This document shows positions 17,939 to 25,781 of a stretch of DNA of 26,758 nt, piece by piece. The position numbers were made by a program, and so were the translations under genes. Each line of letters starts with the position of its first letter. Position 1 is the stretch's first letter. Below the pieces are notes generated by a model. It worked only from the letters and a program-made list of their open reading frames with translations. It was not told where the DNA came from and made no database searches. The DNA is from a virus (Duplodnaviria; Heunggongvirae; Uroviricota; Caudoviricetes): the IMG/VR virus record IMGVR_UViG_3300005253_000053. One strand, given 5' to 3'.

Positions 17939-18181
17939 CTACCTCCCTACAATCTGCTTCAGCATATTCTGAATCTGACCGAACAGCCCTTTCCGGCCTT
18001 CGCCCTCTTCCTTCAGATCCTTGTTGAGCCTCCGTACAAAATCGAGCCGCCAGAACGGTGTCATCGCACACCACTCCAGGTAGCTGAGACCGCCGTGCTT
18101 CTTCAACCCGTAGAACTCATCTCTTAGAGCGTCGCCGCTTGGTACTGCCTGGACGAAAAAAGTCAGCCCCCAAGGGCATCA
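17939..18181 (-). CDS. Overlapping +1-frame ORF (~80 codons). It is a candidate frameshift extension of the 18117..18890 product, analogous to E' or GT.
   Basis: The frame opens at a TGA (18181-18179) only 5 codons before a U6 tract (plus-strand aaaaaa at 18156-18161). It overlaps the last 20 codons of the upstream gene. It ends at a TAG (17939-17941), exactly 3 nt before the tape-measure GTG. It has no convincing start of its own: the internal ATG at 18064 has no SD. Confidence 0.3.
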
Positions 18182-18890
18182 TCTGGTGCCAGTAACCCTT
18201 GCATGACTGACAGTTGAACTCCACCTCCAGTTCTGGACCCACGTCGTGGTCGTCCAGGCAGTCCTTTAGTTCAGTATTGTCCATGGCGGCACCCTCTTTG
18301 ACAAATTTGAGCGCCACGTCGAGTTCTACCGATTCCCCATCGACCGCCTGGATTCCCCGAGCGATAGAGTACAGGTAGCCCGGGTCACCCTGCCCAGGAT
18401 TTTCACGTCTCTCTTTCCGGACGAACCGGGTCATCTCACGCTCATCCCTGACACGCATGAGGCGCAGCGCGACGGTCTTACCAGACATCGGAAGATCCAC
18501 GGTGAACGGCTCAGGAGCCTCCGTGCCCTCACGCATGTCGATATCCTTCTTGATATCGAAGTTCAGCGCGTTGTCGAAGTTGCACCGAGGACATGTCACA
18601 TCGAATGAGTAAGGCTTCCCTGGGTAGCTGATCTCCCGCAAGTAGAACAGGAGGGCATACTTGTCGCCGATCAGCATGTCCCCCCAGTCCTCGACCGGGA
18701 GATCGGACACCAACTGTTGTAGAACTTGGTCTGTTACTTCGGGGAAGGTTTGAGGGTTGGCGTCCGCCAGAAGGGCTTCTTGTCCACCTCTGATGTGCGT
18801 CAAGACCACTCGCGACTTCCCGGACTCGTAGTACCGGCCACCGCTGGGAAGATCCGCAGGGTAACCGTTCGTCGCCGGGGATTCCGACAT
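18117..18890 (-). CDS. Acidic protein with two CxxC motifs. It is a candidate tail-assembly chaperone, sitting in the slot P2 uses for gpE.
   Basis: 257 aa, rich in D and E. It carries TCPRCNF and NCQSCKGYW, suggesting a zinc ribbon. An AAGGAGAGA SD lies upstream. It is located just before the tape measure and is followed by the overlapping +1-frame ORF. Confidence 0.4.
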   Translation of the reverse strand: MSESPATNGYPADLPSGGRYYESGKSRVVLTHIRGGQEALLADANPQTFPEVTDQVLQQLVSDLPVEDWGDMLIGDKYALLFYLREISYPGKPYSFDVTCPRCNFDNALNFDIKKDIDMREGTEAPEPFTVDLPMSGKTVALRLMRVRDEREMTRFVRKERRENPGQGDPGYLYSIARGIQAVDGESVELDVALKFVKEGAAMDNTELKDCLDDHDVGPELEVEFNCQSCKGYWHQMMPLGADFFRPGSTKRRRSKR

Positions 18891-18963
18891 TTGGTCTCTC
18901 CTTGTTTAGAGTGAGTTGTGGGTTCAGGGTCCTCCGTAGGAATCCTGGTAAATGGCCTGGGTA

Positions 18964-20160
18964 TCAGGCCTTGGGCTTGCGAGGCTTCCGCAGCTTGTGC
19001 TCGACGATGTAGGACTCGGCAATGATCCGAACTTTCGCTTTCTTGTGCTGGCGCGCGGCGCGCAGGCAGTCCCGTGTGACGCCCTTGTGGCCGCTCTCGT
19101 TGCACCACTCGGCGAACCGGTTGGAGCGAACCGTCTGCGGCCACTTGTCGGCTTCCGTGTAGACAACCTTGATCTTGGAGAGTGCTCGGTTCTCCATCTT
19201 GGACGCGCAGGACGGGCAGATGGCGCGAACCTCTTCCAGCGTGAGCCACATAACGCTGTGTTCCTGGGACTCGTTGATCTGTACGGTTTTAAGCTGGTAG
19301 TCCATCCCCTGGGTCTCCTTCACTGGGTGCTTTTTCTTGACGTCCTTGATGCAGCGCTCGTACTTGGCCTTGTCCTCGCGGCCAGCGGAAGCCGTGCAGA
19401 CAGCCCACGGGTTGACGGCCTTGCCTTTCTTCTTGGCTTCAAGCGCCCGCTCCGGGCGGGCCGCGCTGCTCTTCTTCCAGGTCACGCCACGGCCGTCGGC
19501 GATGAACGTCTTGGCTGCGGCCTCCGTGTCGAACCGGTTCTGAACGCCGTCCGGGCTCGTACGGTGCGCGTGATAGCTGACAGAGTACTTCGGGTTGGCC
19601 CCGACGATCTCGTTCTTGTCCTGGACCGGCGTCGTGACCGGGTTGATGAACCCGACCATCGTGCCGTCCTCGGTGTAGCCGTTGACGGTCCGGAGATCCG
19701 GAGCCGAGCCGGGGTTCGTCGGCATCCGAATGCCGACCCGGGCGGGCTTCTTGCCCAATTCGTTGGTCTTGAACGGGACGTTGTGCCCCTGGTCCGCCTC
19801 GTTGACGCTCTCCCTCCTCTGTGGGTCGTCGGGGTCGCCCTGAACCGAGTACACCTTCTTGGCGTCGAGTCCTTTCTCCCTGATAATCCGGTCGATATTC
19901 TTCTTGGTTTGTTTGGCCCCCCGCACGTTCCCAGCGGCGCGCTGCTTGATGTAGGTGGCAACGAACGACTTCAAGCCTGCCTGTAGTTCGGCGTCGGTCT
20001 TGTCCGCTTCCTCAAGACGTACGGCCTCGCGCCCCTGACCCTCCTCTTCGAGAGCGGCCTGCCCCTCGTGGAGAGCAACGTAACTGCTGTCCATGATCGG
20101 AGCACAGGGTTCAGGCTGGCTGTCAGCCAGCAGCGTGCGTATGAGGTCCTGCTTGGCCAT
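18964..20160 (-). CDS. Hypothetical Lys-rich protein between the tube and the chaperone-like gene.
   Basis: 398-aa continuous ORF co-oriented with the operon. The composition is protein-like, with a very basic C-terminus (…HKKAKVRIIAESYIVEHKLRKPRKPKA) and Cys pairs (CPSCASK; C…C). No SD is present (TAATCCTGGATG). I recognise no family. Confidence 0.45.
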   Translation of the reverse strand: MAKQDLIRTLLADSQPEPCAPIMDSSYVALHEGQAALEEEGQGREAVRLEEADKTDAELQAGLKSFVATYIKQRAAGNVRGAKQTKKNIDRIIREKGLDAKKVYSVQGDPDDPQRRESVNEADQGHNVPFKTNELGKKPARVGIRMPTNPGSAPDLRTVNGYTEDGTMVGFINPVTTPVQDKNEIVGANPKYSVSYHAHRTSPDGVQNRFDTEAAAKTFIADGRGVTWKKSSAARPERALEAKKKGKAVNPWAVCTASAGREDKAKYERCIKDVKKKHPVKETQGMDYQLKTVQINESQEHSVMWLTLEEVRAICPSCASKMENRALSKIKVVYTEADKWPQTVRSNRFAEWCNESGHKGVTRDCLRAARQHKKAKVRIIAESYIVEHKLRKPRKPKA

Positions 20161-20166
20161 CCAGGA

Positions 20167-20706
20167 TTACTCCTCGTCCTCGAAGATGTAATTATCCATC
20201 ACGAAGGTGTACTCAAGCTGGACCGGGTTGTTATTTTCGTAGTCCAGTGTCCGGGCCGGGATGAGGGTGTTGGGCCAGATCCCGATGAGACGCCATTCGC
20301 GTTCCAGCGAACCGTCCGGTCCGAAGTAAACCAGAGCGCCGCTGGACTTGATCTGGGAACTGAAACCGCTGAAGCCGGTCGTCAGGTCGTGAACCAGCTT
20401 CGACCAGCGGTGCAGCATGTCGTAGACCTGAACATCCACGTAATCGTGCACGGTCACAGTCAGATCACCCGGCTCATCCGGCTTCGTCGGAACCTTGGCG
20501 TATCCGGCCAAGTACGAAATCGTCGCCTGCCCCATGGTCCGGATCGGCAACGCCACCGCCTTGACCGCCAGCATGAGCGTCGTCAGATCACCCTGCGCAT
20601 CGGCAGGGAAGTTGACCTGTAGAACGCCAGCACCGTCGCGCTGGGGCTCGAAACCCCCAGCCTGCGAGGCAATGTGGCTGGCAAGTAGATCATTCGGAAA
20701 GGCCAT
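20167..20706 (-). CDS. Tail tube protein.
   Basis: 179 aa, located immediately after the sheath gene. A GAGGAGGAG SD lies 6 nt upstream. The size and position match P2 FII / T4 gp19. Confidence 0.65.
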   Translation of the reverse strand: MAFPNDLLASHIASQAGGFEPQRDGAGVLQVNFPADAQGDLTTLMLAVKAVALPIRTMGQATISYLAGYAKVPTKPDEPGDLTVTVHDYVDVQVYDMLHRWSKLVHDLTTGFSGFSSQIKSSGALVYFGPDGSLEREWRLIGIWPNTLIPARTLDYENNNPVQLEYTFVMDNYIFEDEE

Positions 20707-20750
20707 TCGTTACTCCTCCTCGGGATGCCACTCTTCTGGGCTCGTCCGAG

Positions 20751-22706
20751 CTAGGCCGCAAGGATCTCGTTGAACGAGGCTCCAGCCGGGGTCAAGATGA
20801 ACTCGATGACGATCTGCTCCGCTGCCTTCGTCGGCTGGAGGAAGATCTGTCCCACAGCCCGGTTGTTGTTCTCGTCGGCGGACGTGGTCGTTGTCTCGTC
20901 CATTCGGACAAGGAATCGGCGCACCCCGCGCCGGGCCTGGACACTGTCCATGAACGGCCGGATCAGCATCCGCCACTGGCGGAACAAGGTCGGGTCGAGC
21001 GGATCGAACAGCAGGAACCGGCTGCTCGACGCGATGACCTTCTCGATGGTGATCAGAAGACGGCGCACGTTGATACGGTCGAGCGCCGTGGCCTGCCGCT
21101 GCGTGGTCCTCTGGCCGAACAGAGCGATGCCCTGGCCTCGGAAGTTGACCCACGGGTTGACGATGTTCTGGACCGTCCCGTCGTTGCCCTGAAGCTGTTC
21201 GCGCTCGGCGAGGATCGGGCTATACGTGATGTCCTCGATGAACGAGGGCGCACCACGGATGAGTCCGGCCGGGGCGAACCAGGGCTCGGTCAGCGCGTCG
21301 GTGAGGGCCATGATGCTCGCGTGTGCACCCTCGGACGAGGTCCAGACGCTCGTATCGTTGAGCGAATCGAAGGTCCTGATCCACTGGAAGATCAAGGTCG
21401 TGTAACTGGAGTTCAGCGACGCGAGCGGCGGGAACGGAACCGTAACCTCGGGCGTGAACACGCCGTTGGTCCAGTCGATGATCTCCGCCACAGTGAGATC
21501 GAACGGTGTCGCAAGCAGCCCGAGAGCATCGGCCCGGCCGCCCGGCGGCTCGATGATGGTCTCGATCTCCTGGACGACCTGCCGGTGGAACTGCCCGGGC
21601 GCGGCCAGGATGTTGATGTCGATGGCCTCGTTGTTTTTGAAGGCCTGGAGGCCCGTGAAGATGTTGCCCGACTGGGTTCCGATGACGTCGGATACCGTCA
21701 GGCCGCCTTCGAGGCCGATCTCCTGGTCCGAGGTGACGTCCGGTTCGGACGTATTGGTCGTCACGTCTTCCAACCGGATAAAATTCGAGCCATTATTGAC
21801 CTGGATAATCAGGTCGGCCTTGTCCACTGCCAGGAACGTCTCGCCTGCGACAACCCCTGACTTATACCGGCCTTCGAGTTTCAGCGGCGTAGCCGGGGTG
21901 CTGATGGAGTTGTCGCTGACCTTGACGAAGAAGCCCTGGTCCAGCGGCGTGCTCTTGTTGCCGATGTCTCCTTCCTGGATCGACCGGATGCGGATCGTGG
22001 CGGCCGTGGTGGCGTCCACGATGTGCGGGCTGCTGGCCGTGCCCTGGCTCTTCCCGAACAGACCATCGTCGCCGCCAGCCATGAAGACGGCGATCAACTG
22101 GGCCGTGATCGGGTCCAGCGTCTGGCCCGGAGGCGTGCTGATGTCCAGAACCTGAACCGTGACCACGGTGGAGATCCCGTTGATCGCGTTCTCGACCGTG
22201 GACTGACTGACGTTCAGGTACTTCTCGACCCGGGCGTTGTTTTCCTGGATGAAGACATTGTAGTTCGTGGGGCTGACGGCCTCGATGGTGATGCCGATGT
22301 TGCCGTTCGCGGCGGTTCCCGGCGTGAGCGCCGAGAAAGTCAAGACATTCGTGCCACCCGCGTAATAGGTGCCGTCATCGTCGATGGATACCGTAGCGGT
22401 GGCGAGGTTTGTACCCGCCACGCGCATGACGAAGAGAGACGACCCATTCGTCAGGTAGTGCTTGCTCTCGTAGGACATCTGGGTGCCGCCGATGGGCACC
22501 CCGTCGGTGTCGACCGCCTCGGAGGGGGCCGGGGGACCGAAGGTCCGGTCGAACTGAGGCTGGCTGTTGATCAACGTCAGTTCGTTGACCGCACCCTTTG
22601 TCGCGGCCCCAACAACGCCATAAACGGCCGTGGAGACTCTGCTGATGAAGGCGCTGAAGTCGCGCTCGTCGACAAAGGTGCCTGCACTGACAAAGGCAAC
22701 ACCCAT
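20751..22706 (-). CDS. Tail sheath protein.
   Basis: 651 aa. A GGAGGAGAG SD is present. The N-terminus (GTFVDERD) and the C-terminal domain (…VGQIFLQPTKAAEQIVIEFILTPAGASF) are typical of contractile sheath proteins. It is followed by the tube gene. Confidence 0.8.
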   Translation of the reverse strand: MGVAFVSAGTFVDERDFSAFISRVSTAVYGVVGAATKGAVNELTLINSQPQFDRTFGPPAPSEAVDTDGVPIGGTQMSYESKHYLTNGSSLFVMRVAGTNLATATVSIDDDGTYYAGGTNVLTFSALTPGTAANGNIGITIEAVSPTNYNVFIQENNARVEKYLNVSQSTVENAINGISTVVTVQVLDISTPPGQTLDPITAQLIAVFMAGGDDGLFGKSQGTASSPHIVDATTAATIRIRSIQEGDIGNKSTPLDQGFFVKVSDNSISTPATPLKLEGRYKSGVVAGETFLAVDKADLIIQVNNGSNFIRLEDVTTNTSEPDVTSDQEIGLEGGLTVSDVIGTQSGNIFTGLQAFKNNEAIDINILAAPGQFHRQVVQEIETIIEPPGGRADALGLLATPFDLTVAEIIDWTNGVFTPEVTVPFPPLASLNSSYTTLIFQWIRTFDSLNDTSVWTSSEGAHASIMALTDALTEPWFAPAGLIRGAPSFIEDITYSPILAEREQLQGNDGTVQNIVNPWVNFRGQGIALFGQRTTQRQATALDRINVRRLLITIEKVIASSSRFLLFDPLDPTLFRQWRMLIRPFMDSVQARRGVRRFLVRMDETTTTSADENNNRAVGQIFLQPTKAAEQIVIEFILTPAGASFNEILAA

Positions 22707-22730
22707 CTGGCTCTCCTCCGGCGGTCAGGC

Positions 22731-23441
22731 CTACTCTCTCGGAATCACGCTGCTGTCGAGAACGGTCTGCGTCGAGATATCCAGGAGTTCCACCTGGATC
22801 GAATGGCAGATCGGGACGCGCTCGAAATCACGTGGGAGCCAAGCGGTCAGGACCATGCTTAAATTACCCCTAATTTGCCGCTTCCCATCGCCCGGCTCCA
22901 GATTTGAGGCATCCGTCCACGACGATATGTTTAGGGCAACCTTCCGATTCCCTAAAAGCCTCAGCCCCGGATCGATGGGCTCCTCGAAGCCCAGCCAGCG
23001 TGGACTCTCAAAGTCCACGAAGACGTAGGCAATGTTCAGCTTGAACAGCTTCCAGATCTGCCGCCGAAACTGTCGCATCTGGCGCGTGTTCTCGCACCAG
23101 AAGTCAAGCTGGTAAGGGATGTTGACGGGAGTCGGCCAATCGACGTTAATGGCCACCTTCTCGTCAGGGGTCTGCCACATCTTGCGGATGACCCCAAAGT
23201 TGTCCCGGCTGCCATCATACTCCTCCCAGCCTGCCTCTGACAAACTGATGAAGGGGAGAGGTACATTCTGGCCGCGTAGCTCCGCAGAGCCCTCTGTACC
23301 ACGGGACTTATCAAGAATATCCCGCATGGCCGAGAAGGCCCGGTCGGGGGTGGCGAACACCATGGGGGGCGAGCGATCACGCCACGTCAAGCGGTCGATA
23401 AACCACTGGAGAACCGTAGCGTGGTAGATCTCGATATCCAT
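22731..23441 (-). CDS. Hypothetical tail-associated protein directly upstream of the sheath. It may be a tail completion or terminator-type protein.
   Basis: 236 aa. It overlaps the stop of the upstream gene (TAAATG) and its position suggests a tail-assembly role. I recognise no motif. Confidence 0.35.
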   Translation of the reverse strand: MDIEIYHATVLQWFIDRLTWRDRSPPMVFATPDRAFSAMRDILDKSRGTEGSAELRGQNVPLPFISLSEAGWEEYDGSRDNFGVIRKMWQTPDEKVAINVDWPTPVNIPYQLDFWCENTRQMRQFRRQIWKLFKLNIAYVFVDFESPRWLGFEEPIDPGLRLLGNRKVALNISSWTDASNLEPGDGKRQIRGNLSMVLTAWLPRDFERVPICHSIQVELLDISTQTVLDSSVIPRE

Positions 23442-23810
23442 TTACACCGCAGCAACAAAGACCGCGAGAGCCGCCTTGGCCGCCCTGGCCATGAACGCCT
23501 TCGCGACGTCTCCCAAGATCTTCTTGGCGCTCGCTTTGGCCTTGTTGATGGCCTCCTGCTGGTCTGCCGCCACTTCCAGGATCTTCGCCGAGGCCTGCAT
23601 CTTCTTGATGTTCAGGCTCGGGTCCGCTTGCTTCCCGCCCAGAACCTCGATAACCGCCAGGGCCGCTGCGGCTTTGACAGCGTCCGCCGGTAAGTTCTTG
23701 AGCGAGTCGGCATTCTGTGCCTTCCAAACGTCAGCGGCGGCTTTCAGTTCCGCTCGCAGTTCCTCTGGGTTGAACAGTGCCTTCAGTTCATCGGTCTTGG
23801 CCATCTCCAC
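23442..23810 (-). CDS. Ala/Lys-rich small protein with a C-terminal hydrophobic tail. It could be a holin-like or membrane-anchored protein.
   Basis: 122 aa, amphipathic and helical. The last ~15 residues are hydrophobic (AAKAALAVFVAAV). Confidence 0.4.
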   Translation of the reverse strand: MEMAKTDELKALFNPEELRAELKAAADVWKAQNADSLKNLPADAVKAAAALAVIEVLGGKQADPSLNIKKMQASAKILEVAADQQEAINKAKASAKKILGDVAKAFMARAAKAALAVFVAAV

Positions 23811-23833
23811 TTACCTCCGCTGACGTGGCCGGG

Positions 23834-24109
23834 CTATGGGGACGTACTGCCCTCTTCCGGCGGGGTGTACACGCGGTTCAAATTGTCCCAGGCCTTCGCA
23901 TTGGCCTCCAAGAATGCTTTCTGGTCGTCGGCTTTGTAGTCCTTCCAGTTGTCTCGGGCGGACGCGGACGACTCGGTGGCCGCCTTCACGGCAGGCTGCT
24001 GGAGCTTGTAGACCGGAAGCGAGATCGGGCCACCCTTCAGCCAAGCGCACCCTCCCATCGTGAAGGGCACCAGGACGAGGAGGCTGAGAAGCAGGCCGAG
24101 CTTACGCAT
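23834..24109 (-). CDS. Small secreted protein or lipoprotein.
   Basis: The ORF track starts at 24127, but an AAGGAGA SD sits 7 nt upstream of the internal ATG at 24109. From that start the N-terminus is MRKLGLLLSLLVLVPFTMGGCAW, a signal peptide with a Cys in a lipobox-like position. The mature part is ~70 aa and hydrophilic. Confidence 0.5.
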   Translation of the reverse strand: MRKLGLLLSLLVLVPFTMGGCAWLKGGPISLPVYKLQQPAVKAATESSASARDNWKDYKADDQKAFLEANAKAWDNLNRVYTPPEEGSTSP

Positions 24110-24176
24110 GGTGGATCTCCTTGGCATACCGACGATTGTCAGGATATACGATTTCTTTGCAACCTGGGCAGGAGCC

Positions 24177-24488
24177 TCACCCGAGGTAGATCTTGAGCCC
24201 CCACATGATCGCGCTGATCAGACCGCCGCCCAGCGCCGCGTAGACGCTGACGCGGACTTTGATGCCCGTGATCTCGCGCTTCAGTTCCTGGATCTCACCG
24301 CGAAGAACCTCGATCTTGCTGTCGGTCCCCTCTTTCTGGGTACCGGCCTTTGCGGTCAGATCCTCCAACCACTTTTGGAACCGCTCAAGCTCGTGCAGAA
24401 CGAGTTCGCGGTATTCGTTCCAGCTACGTTTCGCCATCCGGGAAGTCCTCGCTTTGGATTTCCTCATCCAGGGCGAGGAGTCGGTCAA
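24177..24488 (-). CDS. Small protein with a basic N-terminus, a coiled coil and a single C-terminal transmembrane helix.
   Basis: 103 aa. The C-terminus VYAALGGGLISAIMWGLKIYLG is a transmembrane segment. The coiled-coil heptads include EVLRGEIQELKREITGIKVRV. It overlaps the preceding gene by ~20 codons. Confidence 0.45.
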   Translation of the reverse strand: MTDSSPWMRKSKARTSRMAKRSWNEYRELVLHELERFQKWLEDLTAKAGTQKEGTDSKIEVLRGEIQELKREITGIKVRVSVYAALGGGLISAIMWGLKIYLG

Positions 24489-24936
24489 GGCCGACGCGCG
24501 ACATCACATCTGCTGGGACGCCCGCCTTTTTCAGGACGCGCGTCTGTTGGGCCTCTCGGCGTTGAGCAGCATGAATCACCACGCGAGGGAGCGTGCCGTT
24601 TCCGATCTCCTGCCTGTCCAGAAAGTCCTGAGCCCCCGCACGCATGGCGTTGTGAAGTTGTTTTTCGTCAACTCCTTCGGCAATGACGACCACCGCAGGG
24701 TGGTGATGGTGTGCACTCACCGCTTCGATGAACTTGAGCAGTGCATCGTCCATGGCTTGCTGGATGATGATCACGTCCACAGGCGTCTTCTCGATCCTGG
24801 CGTACGCTCTCTCCGGCCGTTGGATGACCTCCACGTCAAAGCCCTTCCCTCGGCGCGCGAACAGCGACTCAAGGTGAGCAGAGCACGGAGACTGCGCAGC
24901 CCCCACGAGCATGACCGAGATTGAATTGTTTTGCAT
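24424..24936 (-). CDS. CheY-like receiver (REC)-fold protein with a degenerate active site (a pseudo-receiver).
   Basis: 170 aa. The five beta/alpha units align with CheY: VMLVG, FDVEVIQ, VDVIIIQQAMDD, AVVVIAEG, AMRAGAQDFLDR. The phospho-acceptor residues are substituted: DD to GA, D57 to Q, T87 to I, K109 to R. Confidence 0.5.
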   Translation of the reverse strand: MQNNSISVMLVGAAQSPCSAHLESLFARRGKGFDVEVIQRPERAYARIEKTPVDVIIIQQAMDDALLKFIEAVSAHHHHPAVVVIAEGVDEKQLHNAMRAGAQDFLDRQEIGNGTLPRVVIHAAQRREAQQTRVLKKAGVPADVMSRVGLDRLLALDEEIQSEDFPDGET

Positions 24937-24953
24937 AGCGGCCGTCTCCCCCG

Positions 24954-25781
24954 CTAGGTGTTGCCGAGACCTGTAGCACCGTTCAACACGAGGCCCCCGG
25001 CCGTCATGTTGCTAATGGCATGCGTAGTGCCGGGCGTCCCAGACGCGAAGAGTATACCAGAGCCTCCGAAGGCCCCGTGGCAGATGTTCGTCGCGACCAG
25101 ATTCTGCCCGGCCACCGAGTCGATGCCGATGCCGTGGCCTGGAGTACCGCCGACAGCGGAGATGTTATTACCCAGAACCTGGATGAAGTCGCGCGTGACC
25201 GCAACCCGGATGCCAAAGGTCGTCGCCCCGTCGCCAACAATGATGTTCTCGCTGGCAATGCAAGCGTCCGCGTCGATGAGGATGCCTACGACTGCCGAGA
25301 GTAGGCGGCATTTTTCGACAATGCTCTGAACTCCCGCCAGAGTGATACCGCCACCCGCCCCCGTGACCGCGCAGTTGGTGACCTTGTTCCAGGAGCCTCT
25401 GGCCAGGATGGGCAGGACTTCTGAGAGCAGATCCTCGAAGGTGGTAAACGACTCAACAGTGTCCACCGAAGCCAAAGCGCCGCCGCCTGTGTTTGTGAAA
25501 CCGATCCCGCGAATGCGGGTCTGGTTCATAATGCCGCCGCCGCCTCCAGACACCGAGACGATAGCGGACCCGGCAGCGGCCACGTTCCAGTTGAGCGTGG
25601 TCTTCGTCGGGTCTACCCCCTCCAGCGTCTTGCCCGGAGGCAGCGTGAGCACGGCATCCATGTTGAAGATGCCCTCGCCCAGACGAATGACCGACTCACT
25701 ACCGCCAAGAGCAACCTGAAGCGCAGCCGTGCTCGTGATGATCGCGGGGTCGACCCGAGCAGTTTTTCCAATTGTAAGCAT
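24954..25781 (-). CDS. Gly-rich beta-helix-like protein, possibly a fibre-, adhesin- or lyase-like protein.
   Basis: 275 aa. It contains many G-x-G and N-x-G rungs (GGGGGIMNQTRIRGIGFTNTGGGAL…, NISAVGGTPGHGIGIDSVAGQNLVATNICHGAFGGSGILFASGTPG). The encoding DNA has native GC. Its start overlaps the stop of the 141-aa gene (TGATG). Confidence 0.45.
   Translation of the reverse strand: MLTIGKTARVDPAIITSTAALQVALGGSESVIRLGEGIFNMDAVLTLPPGKTLEGVDPTKTTLNWNVAAAGSAIVSVSGGGGGIMNQTRIRGIGFTNTGGGALASVDTVESFTTFEDLLSEVLPILARGSWNKVTNCAVTGAGGGITLAGVQSIVEKCRLLSAVVGILIDADACIASENIIVGDGATTFGIRVAVTRDFIQVLGNNISAVGGTPGHGIGIDSVAGQNLVATNICHGAFGGSGILFASGTPGTTHAISNMTAGGLVLNGATGLGNT

Noticed and set aside
18124-18162. A -1 frameshift at the U6 tract.
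   Set aside because: The -1 frame (CUU UUU UCG UCC …) hits a UAA after only 12 codons. It would give a product of the same length as the 0 frame, with no extension. Only the +1/-2 frame is open as far as the tape-measure start.
23834-24488. Calling the lipoprotein and TM pair Rz/Rz1-type spanins.
   Set aside because: The topology is reversed: the TM helix is at the C-terminus rather than the N-terminus. The lipoprotein is not Pro-rich, the genes are not nested, and no endolysin gene is adjacent.
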